Source of the DNA: a virus
Virus record (IMG/VR): IMGVR_UViG_3300050020_000061
Length of the DNA stretch: 64,000 bases
Reading direction: 5' to 3' (one strand)
Under the pieces are notes generated by a model. That model had not been told where the DNA came from, did no database searches, and saw only the letters and a list, made by a program, of their open reading frames with translations. The number at the start of each line of letters is the position of its first letter. The stretch's first letter is position 1. Of the stretch, positions 1 through 8,454 are shown piece by piece. Position numbers and translations under genes: made by a program.

Positions 1-332
1 AAACCCGTGGTGTGGGTGGTCAGGATGAAGTGACCACCGGGTCGAAGAACTCGCCTGACCTCGTCCAGCGAGCGCCAGAAGGTCGGATCGTGTTCCAACT
101 GGGAGGTCGAGACTACGACGTCGAACATGGCATCGGGGAAGATCAGGTTGGAGGCGTCCATGACCATGTCGACCCCGGGCCCTGCCTCGCGGTCGATGCC
201 GATGTAGTCGCCCTTGAAGAGCTGCCTGACGCTGCCGTTGACGTTGTAGCTGCCGATCTCGAGCACCTTCTTGTGCCTGAGGTCGAACGTCTTGACTGCC
301 AGCGCGACGTATTCCATCACTGACTGGTGCAT
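1..332 (-). CDS. class I SAM-dependent methyltransferase, N-terminal part (runs off the left window edge)
   Basis: Open-ended, so absent from the ORF track. My reverse-strand translation from ATG 332: MHQSVMEYVALAVKTFDLRHKKVLEIGSYNVNGSVRQLFKGDYIGIDREAGPGVDMVMDASNLIFPDAMFDVVVSTSQLEHDPTFWRSLDEVRRVLRPGGHFILTTHTTG. VLEIGSxxxNG (motif I), IDRE and PGGHFIL fit the Rossmann methyltransferase pattern. Confidence 0.7.
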   Translation of the reverse strand, partial: MHQSVMEYVALAVKTFDLRHKKVLEIGSYNVNGSVRQLFKGDYIGIDREAGPGVDMVMDASNLIFPDAMFDVVVSTSQLEHDPTFWRSLDEVRRVLRPGGHFILTTHTTG

Positions 333-347
333 TGGTCCCTCGAGGGT

Positions 348-382
348 GGGGTGCCGCAAGGGGGTGGGCGCTGCGGCACCCC
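348..382 (-). terminator. 10-bp GC-rich stem-loop between the 113-aa gene and the methyltransferase gene
   Basis: GGGGTGCCGC (348-357) pairs with GCGGCACCCC (373-382) around a 15-nt loop. No U-tract follows, so it may be a stabiliser or attenuator rather than a full terminator. Confidence 0.3.
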
Positions 383-388
383 GGAGGA

Positions 389-730
389 TTACGCCTTGAC
401 GACGTCGTCGCGCTCGATCTCGAGCGTGGCGCTGGCAAGATCCTTCTTCCCGTCGGTGAAGGTGACCTTGTAGGTCCCGTAGCCCTGCACCATGAACTGG
501 GCGCGGAGAGGACGTTCCACTCCGCAACGCAGGGTGTCGTTGATCCCCGGTCCTTCGACCCGGAACCAACCCTCGTCGACCTTGTCGTGACCGTTGAGGG
601 TCATATCGACGAAGTCGCCGGGGCGGTAGACCGTCGCGACGGGGCCGATGGTGACGTCCTTGTTGCCAGTCTTCGCCACCTTCGTCTCGCCCCGATCCTT
701 GAGGGGCTTGACCTCGATGTCATCTGCCAT
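389..730 (-). CDS. hypothetical protein (113 aa, beta-rich; head-module position)
   Basis: ATG 730 preceded by GAGGAG. Clean ORF with no family recognised. Confidence 0.6.
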   Translation of the reverse strand: MADDIEVKPLKDRGETKVAKTGNKDVTIGPVATVYRPGDFVDMTLNGHDKVDEGWFRVEGPGINDTLRCGVERPLRAQFMVQGYGTYKVTFTDGKKDLASATLEIERDDVVKA

Positions 731-733
731 GAG

Positions 734-1321
734 CTACTCCTCGTGCTGTGGCGGGAACTCACCGCCCATCTCGACGATGATGTTCTGGAGGATCTTGATG
801 TACTCAGCCTCACGCCGACGGTGGAGGTGAATATGCTCCGCCACCGTCAGTCTCGTGAGGTTCTCGCGCCGGTCGTCACTCTCGTCACCATTCCGGTGAT
901 GAATGACATGCCCCTTGCCAATGAGTTCGCCCGGATGAGCCTCCCGCCAGACGAACCACGCTCTCGGGAAGTACCTCTTCCGATCCGGATCCCACAGGTA
1001 GACCCGCTTGCCGATGGTCTTCGTGCCACCCTTCCAGTTGGGGGCATCAGGGCCACGCTTGCCCTTGTTGGGGCTCGCTCGCCCGATCTGGGACTGTCCG
1101 ATCTTCGGGCCCCATGAATGATGACCGCCCCTCGCGACGGGCGTCGGGTTGGCGGTGTAGGGGCGGCCCGCGATCCCCGCCGCGATCATCCAGCGTCGAA
1201 CCGTTTTCTGGCTGACTCCGAACGATGCGGCGAGATCGCGAGTCGATTGGCCTTGCTCGTACAGCAGCCTGAGATCCGAGGCATCTGGCTGGGGGATCAG
1301 GCCCCCTTTTCGACGACCCAT
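734..1321 (-). CDS. HNH homing endonuclease with N-terminal helix-turn-helix
   Basis: ATG 1321 after AAGGAGGTGCTGC. N-terminal HTH (STRDLAASFGVSQKTVRRWM). HNH core HVIHHRNGDESDDRRENLTRLTVAEHIHLH. Confidence 0.8.
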   Translation of the reverse strand: MGRRKGGLIPQPDASDLRLLYEQGQSTRDLAASFGVSQKTVRRWMIAAGIAGRPYTANPTPVARGGHHSWGPKIGQSQIGRASPNKGKRGPDAPNWKGGTKTIGKRVYLWDPDRKRYFPRAWFVWREAHPGELIGKGHVIHHRNGDESDDRRENLTRLTVAEHIHLHRRREAEYIKILQNIIVEMGGEFPPQHEE

Positions 1322-1368
1322 GCAGCACCTCCTTGGTGCTGCCAGTCTACCAGATATGCCGCCTCGTA

Positions 1369-1860
1369 TCAGGCTTCATCATAGCTGTAGTTCGCGGTCT
1401 GCTGGGTCCAGTTGCCCGGTCCAGCCGTTGCCCCGACCTGAAGCTGCATCACGAGGTACTTGGAGTACGAGTTGAGCTGACCGGCCGTGTACTGGGCGTT
1501 GTCCCAGATGGCCTTGTTGCCCGACGTGTAGGTCGTGGCATTGGCGGAGGCAATGGTGGAGGTCGCCGTGGTGCCCTGCTGGTACGTCACGAAGGCCCCG
1601 GTGAAGTTCAGCGTCGTCGACGTGTCGACGGTGGAGTTGAACCAGACCTTGAAGCTCTGGACGTAGTTCGCGGGGGTGGCGGTGATCTTGAGGCGGGCCC
1701 ACTTCTCGAACGAGTTGGTGCCCACCGTGATCGGGTTCGCCTGCCGGTTGGCAAGCGTGTTGAGCGCGTTGTCGGCGCTGATCATGTCGATGCCCGTCAC
1801 GGCGTCCGTGACGGTTGGGCCTGCAGCGGTTGAAACGCTCAGGACGATGGTTGCGGCCAC
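1369..1860 (-). CDS. hypothetical structural protein (163 aa, Thr/Ala/Asn-rich) directly downstream of portal
   Basis: GTG 1860 after AAGGAG. Position and composition suggest a capsid accessory or decoration protein. No motif recognised. Confidence 0.5.
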   Translation of the reverse strand: MAATIVLSVSTAAGPTVTDAVTGIDMISADNALNTLANRQANPITVGTNSFEKWARLKITATPANYVQSFKVWFNSTVDTSTTLNFTGAFVTYQQGTTATSTIASANATTYTSGNKAIWDNAQYTAGQLNSYSKYLVMQLQVGATAGPGNWTQQTANYSYDEA

Positions 1861-1880
1861 TGGCTACTCCTTGTTGAGCC

Positions 1881-3248
1881 CTAGCTCGACGACTTGGCTG
1901 GCGTCTTCTTCGGCGGTCCAGCCGCCGGTGCGGGCGGAGGCGTTGCCACCTCCTTGGCGGAGAGAACGTCGTCGACGGTCACTACGCCCAGAGGGGTGTT
2001 CGCCATGAGCTTGTTGTACGGGTTGTTCTCGTCGTTGGGGTCACCCATCGGCGGGCGGCCGTCGTCCATCCGCGCCTCGTTGATCGGCTTCCAAGGCATG
2101 CCTGCGAGCGCCAGCTTGTTGATGCTGGCCTTTGACATGGACTCCTTGATGTTGAGCCGAAGGAAGCGGAAGGCGAGGTTGTTCTCGGGGCCACCGAAGG
2201 ACTCGTCCCAGACGATCTCCCGTGTCATGAAGTCCTGCCCGAGCGCCAGCAGAGGACGGAGACCACGATCCTCGGTCATGTCCGCCTGTGTCTCTGCGTT
2301 CGCCCTGTTGATGTCCATGGTCAGGCCCAGATCCTGAGGAGAAAGGCCGTAGACGGCCGCCACCTTGCGGACCAGATAGACCAGCCACTCTTGGTACTGC
2401 ATGTCTCGGTTCGATCCACGGAATGGCACGAACTTCGCGCCCTTGGATCCGCCGATGAACGCCATGGCACCCTTGCCTGCCACCTCACTGAGCCAGTAGG
2501 ACTTGAAGCCCTCTACCTGCTCTGGGCGGGCTGTCTCACCGAGGTCGAGCATCCCGTCAGGTGCGGCGTTGGTGACCTGTCGCGTGTTGTACTGGGAGCC
2601 GTTTAGCTCCGCGTCGATGGTCAGCTTCAGGGTCTCGAGTGGCGAGAGTCCCATCACCGAGTAGGTGCGGGGGTTCGCCATGATGTAGACCATGTCGCGG
2701 TTCTTGAAGGGCACCTCGTAGGTGGGCGTCGGGCACCACCAGTAGCGGTTCTCGTCGGGATCGCCGTCCCAGATCGTGGAGACCTTGATCCTGCCCCCGT
2801 CGGTGCCGTGCAGGTAGGCGAGGGAGCCGTCGAGGGTGCGCTCCTTCTCGATCACGCCCGCGTCGAGGACGAGGATGTCCTCCATGATCGGCTCGATCCA
2901 CGAACGGAACGACTCGACCATCGGGTTGGGCTGGTTGAAGAGTGCCCGCAGCTCCTTCTGGAGCGGCTTGCTGTACTCCAGAGTGGAGTCGAAGGGGACG
3001 ATGTCCCACTCCGCGCTGGACACCTGCGTCTTGCGGATGTTGATCGCAGCCCGGATCCACTCCGAGTGCTCGGCCCAGTTGCGGAACAGGGCCGAGGACG
3101 ACTTCGATGCCCGACCCCTGTCCTGATAGGCCAGCGAGGCGCTGCCCTTCGGTTGGTTCTTGGGCGAGGTGCGATACCCGTAGAGCGACTTCCTCAGGGC
3201 AATGCGACCCTGAGGCGTCAGCAGACCCGGCGGAGCGGTCAAGGCCAT
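1881..3248 (-). CDS. portal protein
   Basis: 455 aa, immediately downstream of large terminase. Sequence character is typical of the HK97/SPP1-type Phage_portal family (FRNWAEHSEWIRAAINIRKTQVSSAEWDIVP, acidic C-terminal region). Confidence 0.8.
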   Translation of the reverse strand: MALTAPPGLLTPQGRIALRKSLYGYRTSPKNQPKGSASLAYQDRGRASKSSSALFRNWAEHSEWIRAAINIRKTQVSSAEWDIVPFDSTLEYSKPLQKELRALFNQPNPMVESFRSWIEPIMEDILVLDAGVIEKERTLDGSLAYLHGTDGGRIKVSTIWDGDPDENRYWWCPTPTYEVPFKNRDMVYIMANPRTYSVMGLSPLETLKLTIDAELNGSQYNTRQVTNAAPDGMLDLGETARPEQVEGFKSYWLSEVAGKGAMAFIGGSKGAKFVPFRGSNRDMQYQEWLVYLVRKVAAVYGLSPQDLGLTMDINRANAETQADMTEDRGLRPLLALGQDFMTREIVWDESFGGPENNLAFRFLRLNIKESMSKASINKLALAGMPWKPINEARMDDGRPPMGDPNDENNPYNKLMANTPLGVVTVDDVLSAKEVATPPPAPAAGPPKKTPAKSSS

Positions 3249-3457
3249 CAGCGCGGCTCCTTGAAGTGCGCCGCAAGGACTCTGTCCTGCTGGGCGTTGA
3301 TGAAATCGGACTCGAGCTTCTTGTTGGCGGAGGCGATGGCCTCGTCGTAGGTGAGACGGTAGGTCTCGATCCCCTTCAGCAGGCTGGCAATGTAGGGCGG
3401 GACCGTGCGCTTCCCGTCACGGAACTCCAGCTCGACAGGCTCATCCCACGACAGCAT
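3248..3457 (-). CDS. hypothetical small protein (69 aa)
   Basis: I trimmed the start to ATG 3457 (MLSWDEPVELEF...), which overlaps the upstream stop by 1 nt (TGATG coupling). Confidence 0.5.
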   Translation of the reverse strand: MLSWDEPVELEFRDGKRTVPPYIASLLKGIETYRLTYDEAIASANKKLESDFINAQQDRVLAAHFKEPR

Positions 3458-3702
3458 CACGCCCACCCCTTGTAGAGGATCGTCACGTCGTGGACGGGGC
3501 ACATGCCGAGGTAGTTGTCACCCCTGCTCGGGGGGCAGGTGCAGCGCACCGTGGCGTCCCCCGTGAGGGGAGGCTTGACGTACGGTGTCCAGCGCCACGG
3601 GACCTCCATGGGAGCCGTGCTGGTTCCCGTCGTGTTCACGGGGCAGCGATGCTCGTTCCCCTGCCACCACGTCCCGCAGTCGGGACACTTCAACACCGCC
3701 AT
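3457..3702 (-). CDS. Cys-rich small protein (zinc-ribbon-like)
   Basis: MAVLKCPDCGTWWQGNEHRCP...RCTCPP...CPVH. Coupled to the terminase stop. Confidence 0.55.
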   Translation of the reverse strand: MAVLKCPDCGTWWQGNEHRCPVNTTGTSTAPMEVPWRWTPYVKPPLTGDATVRCTCPPSRGDNYLGMCPVHDVTILYKGWA

Positions 3703-5186
3703 CAGGCTGCTCTCACTTTCAGACTGCCGAAGAAGAACTCCTGACCACCGAGATCCATCGAGTACCCGAGGGCGTCCACGAAATCGTCGTGGCCCTTGGG
3801 GAAGGAGAGCAGCTCGACCTCGAACGCCGAGCCCTTGAGGGAGGAGTGCAGGAAGACCTTGTGGGCCTCGAACTTCGCAGCCACCGCTCGTGCTCGGGTC
3901 GTCTTGTCGACGTCCGCCTTCTTGCCCTCGATGGGGATCTTGGGGTAGGTCTCCATGACCTCTTGGATCAGGGTCGACTGGAACTGGTTGCTCTCGACGA
4001 TCACGATGCTGATGTTCGGGTAGGCCATCCAGCCGTCGTGGATGAACTCCGTGTGGTGCGACTCGCGCTTGTCGCGGTAAGCCGAGAGCACGTAGAAGTC
4101 GCCGGTATCGAGGTTCTCGGCAGTGATTACTCGAGCGGTGAAGTCAGCTCTCTCCCGAACAGAGGAGGCGAGGTCAACTCCCATCCGAAGGAGCCATCTC
4201 CCCGGAGGAAGGACGTCGAAGTGGGTGAAGGGCCCGTGGAAGATGTTGCCCTCGAGGAGCCCGCTGATGTCGTTCTGGTAGGCGCAGGAGAAGAGCGGAG
4301 AGCCCATCTCGTCCTTCTCCTTGAGCAGTCGATCAACCGACCAGTACTCAGGCCAGTACGAGACGAGCCTCCCATCAGGACCCTCCGTGAGCGCCGACAC
4401 GACGTGACTCCGCCAGCCCATCCCGCCATCGGCGAGCGGCTTCATGAAGATCTCGTACAGGTCTTCCTCGCCCCACCGCGTTCCGATGGCGACCACCACC
4501 CCGTCAGGGGAGAGGCACGGCTTGAGGGTCTTCTTGAACCACGTCTCGACCTGTTCCCGCTGGTCGACGCTCTGGGTGTTCTCCTCGTCGAGGATGTCGT
4601 CCATCAGGATCAGGTCGAGGCGCTTGCTGATGATCGCGCCGCCAACGCCGACGGCGAACATCGTGACGTCCTTGGAGATATGCCAGCGCGAGCCAGCGAC
4701 GAGCCATTCCTTGTCCGTCCACTTCGACGGTGAGGGCCTGCTGTCAGGGAAAACCTCGCGGTGGAGGGGGTTCGCTTCGACCGTGTACTTGATGGCTCGG
4801 GAGAAGTCCTTGGCCTGCGTGTCGGTGTTGGAGACCATCGCGATACGGAGATCGGGGTACTTCCCCACCAGCCAACTGCACAGGATGGTGTTGTCCCACG
4901 TCGTCTTCGCCCCGCCTCGCGGAAGCAGGTAGACCTCGTTCTCGCGGCGGTACATCGCGTCGAGGGTCTCGGCGACCATCTTGCGGTGGTGGGCCGAGGG
5001 AACGTACCCGAAGACGAACTCGCCGTAGGCGAAAACCGCCTCTGGCCCGTCAGTTCTTGCGAGGGCTACCAATGCGTGGGAGCGGAGACTCCCCAGTGTC
5101 TCCGGGGACCAGCCCGCGAGTTGCTTCAACAATGCCGCGAAGAACGTCGGGTCCGAGGGATCCGACGGCTGTGAGGGTGACTCCAA
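3702..5186 (-). CDS. terminase large subunit
   Basis: Walker A-like LLPRGGAKTTW, Walker B-like LDLILMDDILDEE, and a C-terminal RNaseH-like nuclease region. TTG start at 5186 follows GAGGAG. It overlaps the small-subunit gene by 137 nt. Confidence 0.85.
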   Translation of the reverse strand: MESPSQPSDPSDPTFFAALLKQLAGWSPETLGSLRSHALVALARTDGPEAVFAYGEFVFGYVPSAHHRKMVAETLDAMYRRENEVYLLPRGGAKTTWDNTILCSWLVGKYPDLRIAMVSNTDTQAKDFSRAIKYTVEANPLHREVFPDSRPSPSKWTDKEWLVAGSRWHISKDVTMFAVGVGGAIISKRLDLILMDDILDEENTQSVDQREQVETWFKKTLKPCLSPDGVVVAIGTRWGEEDLYEIFMKPLADGGMGWRSHVVSALTEGPDGRLVSYWPEYWSVDRLLKEKDEMGSPLFSCAYQNDISGLLEGNIFHGPFTHFDVLPPGRWLLRMGVDLASSVRERADFTARVITAENLDTGDFYVLSAYRDKRESHHTEFIHDGWMAYPNISIVIVESNQFQSTLIQEVMETYPKIPIEGKKADVDKTTRARAVAAKFEAHKVFLHSSLKGSAFEVELLSFPKGHDDFVDALGYSMDLGGQEFFFGSLKVRAA

Positions 5187-5622
5187 GGTTCCGCTCCTCG
5201 GTGATGTTGCTCGGCTTCCCGAAGAGAACCTGCAGCCGGTCGATCAGGAGCGCGACGTCGGAGGGCTTGATCACCACGAGGGGCTCTTCGATCCACTCGT
5301 TGGCCCGGAAGACCTTCCGGGTGCCCTTCATGTCCTCGCGCATCTTCATGATCGCTTCGTCGATGGCGTCGATGGCGTGATCGCGGACCTGAGCCTCGCG
5401 AGCCAGCTTCCTGCCCTCGGCGTCGGCCATCAGGGTCTCGGCGTGCTCAGTGGCCCGCGACTTGAACTCCTCGCGCTTGCGAGTCCACTCCCGCTTCTTC
5501 GACTGGATCGAGACCAGTGAGTGGTTGTGGACGTCAAACTGGCGAGCCAGCTCACGCAGGCTCACATCGCTCGAGACGTACATCCGCTCCATGGCGTCGT
5601 AGTCGTAGCGGTTGTTGCTCAC
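5050..5622 (-). CDS. terminase small subunit
   Basis: I trimmed the start to GTG 5622 (GTGA overlap with the QueD-like stop, GGGAGA upstream). HTH-like SLRELARQFDVHNHSLVSIQSKKREW, followed by a helical region. Position is immediately 5' of the large terminase. Confidence 0.7.
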   Translation of the reverse strand: MSNNRYDYDAMERMYVSSDVSLRELARQFDVHNHSLVSIQSKKREWTRKREEFKSRATEHAETLMADAEGRKLAREAQVRDHAIDAIDEAIMKMREDMKGTRKVFRANEWIEEPLVVIKPSDVALLIDRLQVLFGKPSNITEERNLGVTLTAVGSLGPDVLRGIVEATRGLVPGDTGESPLPRIGSPRKN

Positions 5623-5957
5623 CGGATCTCCCTGACGACGCCCACGTGGTAGTCGTCGTCGACCCAAACCTCGACCTCGGTCAGACGTGGCCTACGTGAT
5701 AGCAGGCGCTCCATGATCCACGCGGCGATCCCGTCCAGCGTCTGGACCCCGCCCACGAGCATGTCGCCGAGGGGATGAGCGTCCAGCTCGAGCAGAACGC
5801 TCCGTAGATCAGCGGGTAGGTCAGACCTGACCCCCGCGTCAGTCCCCTGCTCGGTGGCCTTCACGTAGAAGCGATGCCCATGGACGTAGGGCCCATGGGC
5901 AGGGTCGAGGTGCGTGGAGTCGAAGTGCTGCTCCGACGTGCAGTAGAACTTGCTCAC
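5619..5957 (-). CDS. queD: QueD-like 6-carboxytetrahydropterin / 6-pyruvoyl-tetrahydropterin synthase family protein
   Basis: 112 aa. FDSTHLDPAHGPYVHGHRFYVKA matches the His ... HGH zinc-ligand pattern of the PTPS/QueD fold, and length and C-terminal beta strands are consistent. GTG 5957 is in a GTGA overlap. Confidence 0.5.
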   Translation of the reverse strand: MSKFYCTSEQHFDSTHLDPAHGPYVHGHRFYVKATEQGTDAGVRSDLPADLRSVLLELDAHPLGDMLVGGVQTLDGIAAWIMERLLSRRPRLTEVEVWVDDDYHVGVVREIR

Positions 5958-6244
5958 GCCTCGGGCTGGACCTCAGTGGGCTCCGGCGGGATGTCCGCGT
6001 TGACCTGAGCCGCGAACTCCGGGTCGGAGCCGGTGGTGCCGTCGGGCTCCACGTCGGTCTTCCCCGCGAGGATGCGGAGGCAGTTGTTGCAGACGTCGTC
6101 CGTGACGTTGATGCGGTCGACGACCTCGTCCTCCTCCGCGATCTCGAGACCGCACATGGTGGACGTGGAGTCGTCGAGACGCACCGCGTGACGCGTCATG
6201 TGATGGATGCCGGTCCTGATCCTGACCCAGAGCATGTCGGCCAT
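5954..6244 (-). CDS. hypothetical protein (96 aa)
   Basis: I trimmed the start to ATG 6244 (MADMLWVRIRTG...), preceded by GAGGAGGATCTC. The ORF-track start lies inside the terminator hairpin. Confidence 0.55.
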   Translation of the reverse strand: MADMLWVRIRTGIHHMTRHAVRLDDSTSTMCGLEIAEEDEVVDRINVTDDVCNNCLRILAGKTDVEPDGTTGSDPEFAAQVNADIPPEPTEVQPEA

Positions 6245-6256
6245 GAGATCCTCCTC

Positions 6257-6296
6257 AACAAGAAAGACGGGTCGCCCTACAAGAGAGCGACCCGTC
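6257..6296 (-). terminator. intrinsic terminator (10-bp stem plus U-tract) separating the early-leftward genes from the QueD/terminase/head genes
   Basis: On the minus strand: GACGGGTCGC-tctcttgtagg-GCGACCCGTC followed by TTTCTTGTT. Confidence 0.7.
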
Positions 6297-6401
6297 CATT
6301 CGGGGCTACCTGCGGCTCGACCAGCCTCGGAGGTCAACCAAGAGAAGGGGGAGCCAGCGAACCCGTATGCAGTTGTAACACGGAGCCTACACCACGGGCA
6401 A

Positions 6402-6653
6402 CTACGTCTCGCTGTCCACCTGTTCAGGTTTGGGCATGCTGACGTCTACCCACTGGTCAGTTTCGACGCTGTACCTCCAGTCGAGAACGAAGGAAGTGAG
6501 CGGCATGAGGCTCACCGTCCCGTCCTCGGTGAGCACGACGCCGCCCACATATCCCTCGCCAGAAGCCATTCCAAGCAGGAGACCATTGCCGCCGACGCCG
6601 TCCAGCTTGATCGAGACGCGGGGCGGCTCGTCGAACAGGGCGATCCCGCTCAT
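6402..6653 (-). CDS. hypothetical protein (83 aa)
   Basis: I trimmed the start to ATG 6653 (MSGIALFDEPP...), in an ATGA overlap with the upstream stop. Confidence 0.55.
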   Translation of the reverse strand: MSGIALFDEPPRVSIKLDGVGGNGLLLGMASGEGYVGGVVLTEDGTVSLMPLTSFVLDWRYSVETDQWVDVSMPKPEQVDSET

Positions 6654-6931
6654 CCCAGCGCCTCGTAGATCGCTTCGCGGACCTTGGCGCGACCGGGCCC
6701 GATGCGGTAGAAGGTCTCCACCTCCTCGCGGATCGTCCGGTCGAGAGCTTCGCGGACGTGACGTCCGATGATCAGCTTGACGTTCTCGGGCTGGCAGAAC
6801 TCCTTGACCGCCGCCTGAAGGTCTTCGTCCAGCTTCGCCTCGTACTCCGAGAGAGCCGCGAGGATGCTGAACTCCATCCGCTCGAGGGTGAGGCGGACGA
6901 TGGGGATGCTGGGGAGGTTGGGAGGGCTCAC
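6650..6931 (-). CDS. hypothetical protein (93 aa; alternative start ATG 6877)
   Basis: GTG 6931 is in a GTGA overlap with the upstream stop. The helical region MEFSILAALSEYEAKLDEDLQAAVKEF... looks coding. Confidence 0.5.
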   Translation of the reverse strand: MSPPNLPSIPIVRLTLERMEFSILAALSEYEAKLDEDLQAAVKEFCQPENVKLIIGRHVREALDRTIREEVETFYRIGPGRAKVREAIYEALG

Positions 6932-7200
6932 CGGATCCCCGAGCACCGGGCGCACATGGTCGGGCCCCTGAGGGCTGACCCGAGGCCGATGTAGAAGCAG
7001 ACCCTCCGCTGACCGCAGGCATCGCACTTCTGGCGAGGCACCCGGTAGAGGCTGATCGCCATAGTCATGGTCATGGGGTGGTCGGACGTGGCGAACGTCG
7101 TGTCCACGTCAGGAGAGAACATCGTCCCCTGATCTGGGTGGTGTGGCTTGGGGGTCTTCACCACGACCGGCGGTGGTTTCGTCCCGAACTCGGGGAACAA
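6928..7200 (-). CDS. small Cys-rich protein (zinc-ribbon-like)
   Basis: TTG 7200 after GAGGAGGA. C-terminal CDACGQRRVC...CARC. Confidence 0.45.
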   Translation of the reverse strand: MFPEFGTKPPPVVVKTPKPHHPDQGTMFSPDVDTTFATSDHPMTMTMAISLYRVPRQKCDACGQRRVCFYIGLGSALRGPTMCARCSGIR

Positions 7201-7317
7201 GGTCTGGATCCTCCTCTTGGATGACGTTCATGAGGATGAGATGAAACTCAAGGCTGTTGATGGCCTTCCCCGGTGGGATCCGCTCCATGGCGGTGCGGAC
7301 CCACCGGGTGAAGGGGT

Positions 7318-8167
7318 TTACCGCGTGCGGAAGCGGCGGGTCGCCCACAGGCCCATCCCGCTCAGGAAGAGCAGGACCATCACGACCGGCAGGACTGGGT
7401 TGGTGCTCGAGCCAGAGGCTGCGAGGGTCGAGGTAGCCGGGGGCGTACCAACGGGCGGCGTCTCGGGCGGCACGGTGACCAGCGGCGTCGGAGACGGGCT
7501 CGGAGAGACGCTGGGCACTGGCGACGGGCTGACGCTCGGAACGGGCGACGGGCTCGGAACGGGCGACGGGCTCGGGGACGGACTCGCACTGGGGCTGGGC
7601 AGGATGCAGCCGTTCGCCAAGGTGCAGGGGGGGCTCGATGGTGCCACTGGCCTGATCTGCGCCCTTGAAGCGCAGGCCGTACGTATAGGTGCCGGGAGCG
7701 AGAGGGGTGGTTCCATCGGTCAGGAGCATGTCTCCCGGCTCGAGGATGAACTGCCAGCCCTCGGTCACACCGGCAACCGTGATGGAGCCGGATCCGTCGA
7801 TCTTCGCGCAGTCAGTGGTCTGGAATGTCGGCAGAGTGGGCGGAGTCGGGGTCGAGCAGGGGATGGCGACGATCTCGGTGGTGATCTTGCTCCACTCGTC
7901 GTCGTTGCTGTTTCGCTGGCGCTGGTCCAACGTGGCAGACCCATCAACGGTGATCTTGTCGCCGTTCTCGTAATCGGTCCACGCACCGCCTTCGAGGCGG
8001 TACTGGCTGTGCTTGGCATCGGCGTGCAGGGTCACCGTGGCGACCGACGTGCCGTCGACGCACTGCTGCGAAACGTCAGGGTTCCACGCCAGCGCCGAGC
8101 CAGCAGTGAACCCGAGCATGAGGGCGACGAGCCCGAGACTCGCCAGAACGGAAAGGATGCGCTTCAC
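7318..8167 (-). CDS. secreted surface protein with C-terminal sorting-signal-like anchor; reading frame broken at a G7/C7 homopolymer (7627-7633)
   Basis: GTG 8167 after AGGAGGTCCAC. Signal peptide MKRILSVLASLGLVALMLGFTAGSALA. After ...GTIEPP the frame must shift by one base to continue as CTLANGCILPSPSASPSPSPSPVPSP...TSTLAASGSSTNPVLPVVMVLLFLSGMGLWATRRFRTR, with stop at 7318. The unshifted frame runs on as Arg/Pro-rich nonsense to 7109. Confidence 0.65.
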
Positions 8168-8176
8168 GTGGACCTC

Positions 8177-8449
8177 CTATGAATGATCGTGGAAGAGTGG
8201 ATCTGAACAGGGGATGTCCGTCTTGATGTCGCGCAGCTCCTTCTCGATCTGGCGAAACATGTCGGCGATGTCGAGGGACGGCTTTGGAGGCGGAAGGCCC
8301 GCGCTCTCGAGGACCGGCACGATCCCCGTCATTTCCGTGGGCTCCTGCCCGACTGGGTAGTAGTAGCCCCGGATGTCCTTGTATCGCTTGATTGCGACGG
8401 GCTCAGTCAGCTCCTCGAAGTTCGCCCGCTTGAACTCGGCGGAGGTCAT
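8177..8449 (-). CDS. hypothetical protein (90 aa)
   Basis: I trimmed the start to ATG 8449 (MTSAEFKRANFEEL...) after GAAGGAA. Confidence 0.55.
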   Translation of the reverse strand: MTSAEFKRANFEELTEPVAIKRYKDIRGYYYPVGQEPTEMTGIVPVLESAGLPPPKPSLDIADMFRQIEKELRDIKTDIPCSDPLFHDHS

Positions 8450-8454
8450 TTCCT

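Noticed and set aside
7109-7317. Continuation of the surface-protein ORF in the unshifted frame to 7109, which gives the 352-aa ORF-track product.
   Set aside because: After the G7 tract this frame reads as Arg/Pro/Ala-rich nonsense (SVPEPVARSEPVARSERQPVASAQRL...). The +1 frame gives a coherent Ser-Pro linker and a sorting-signal-like C-terminus ending at 7318.
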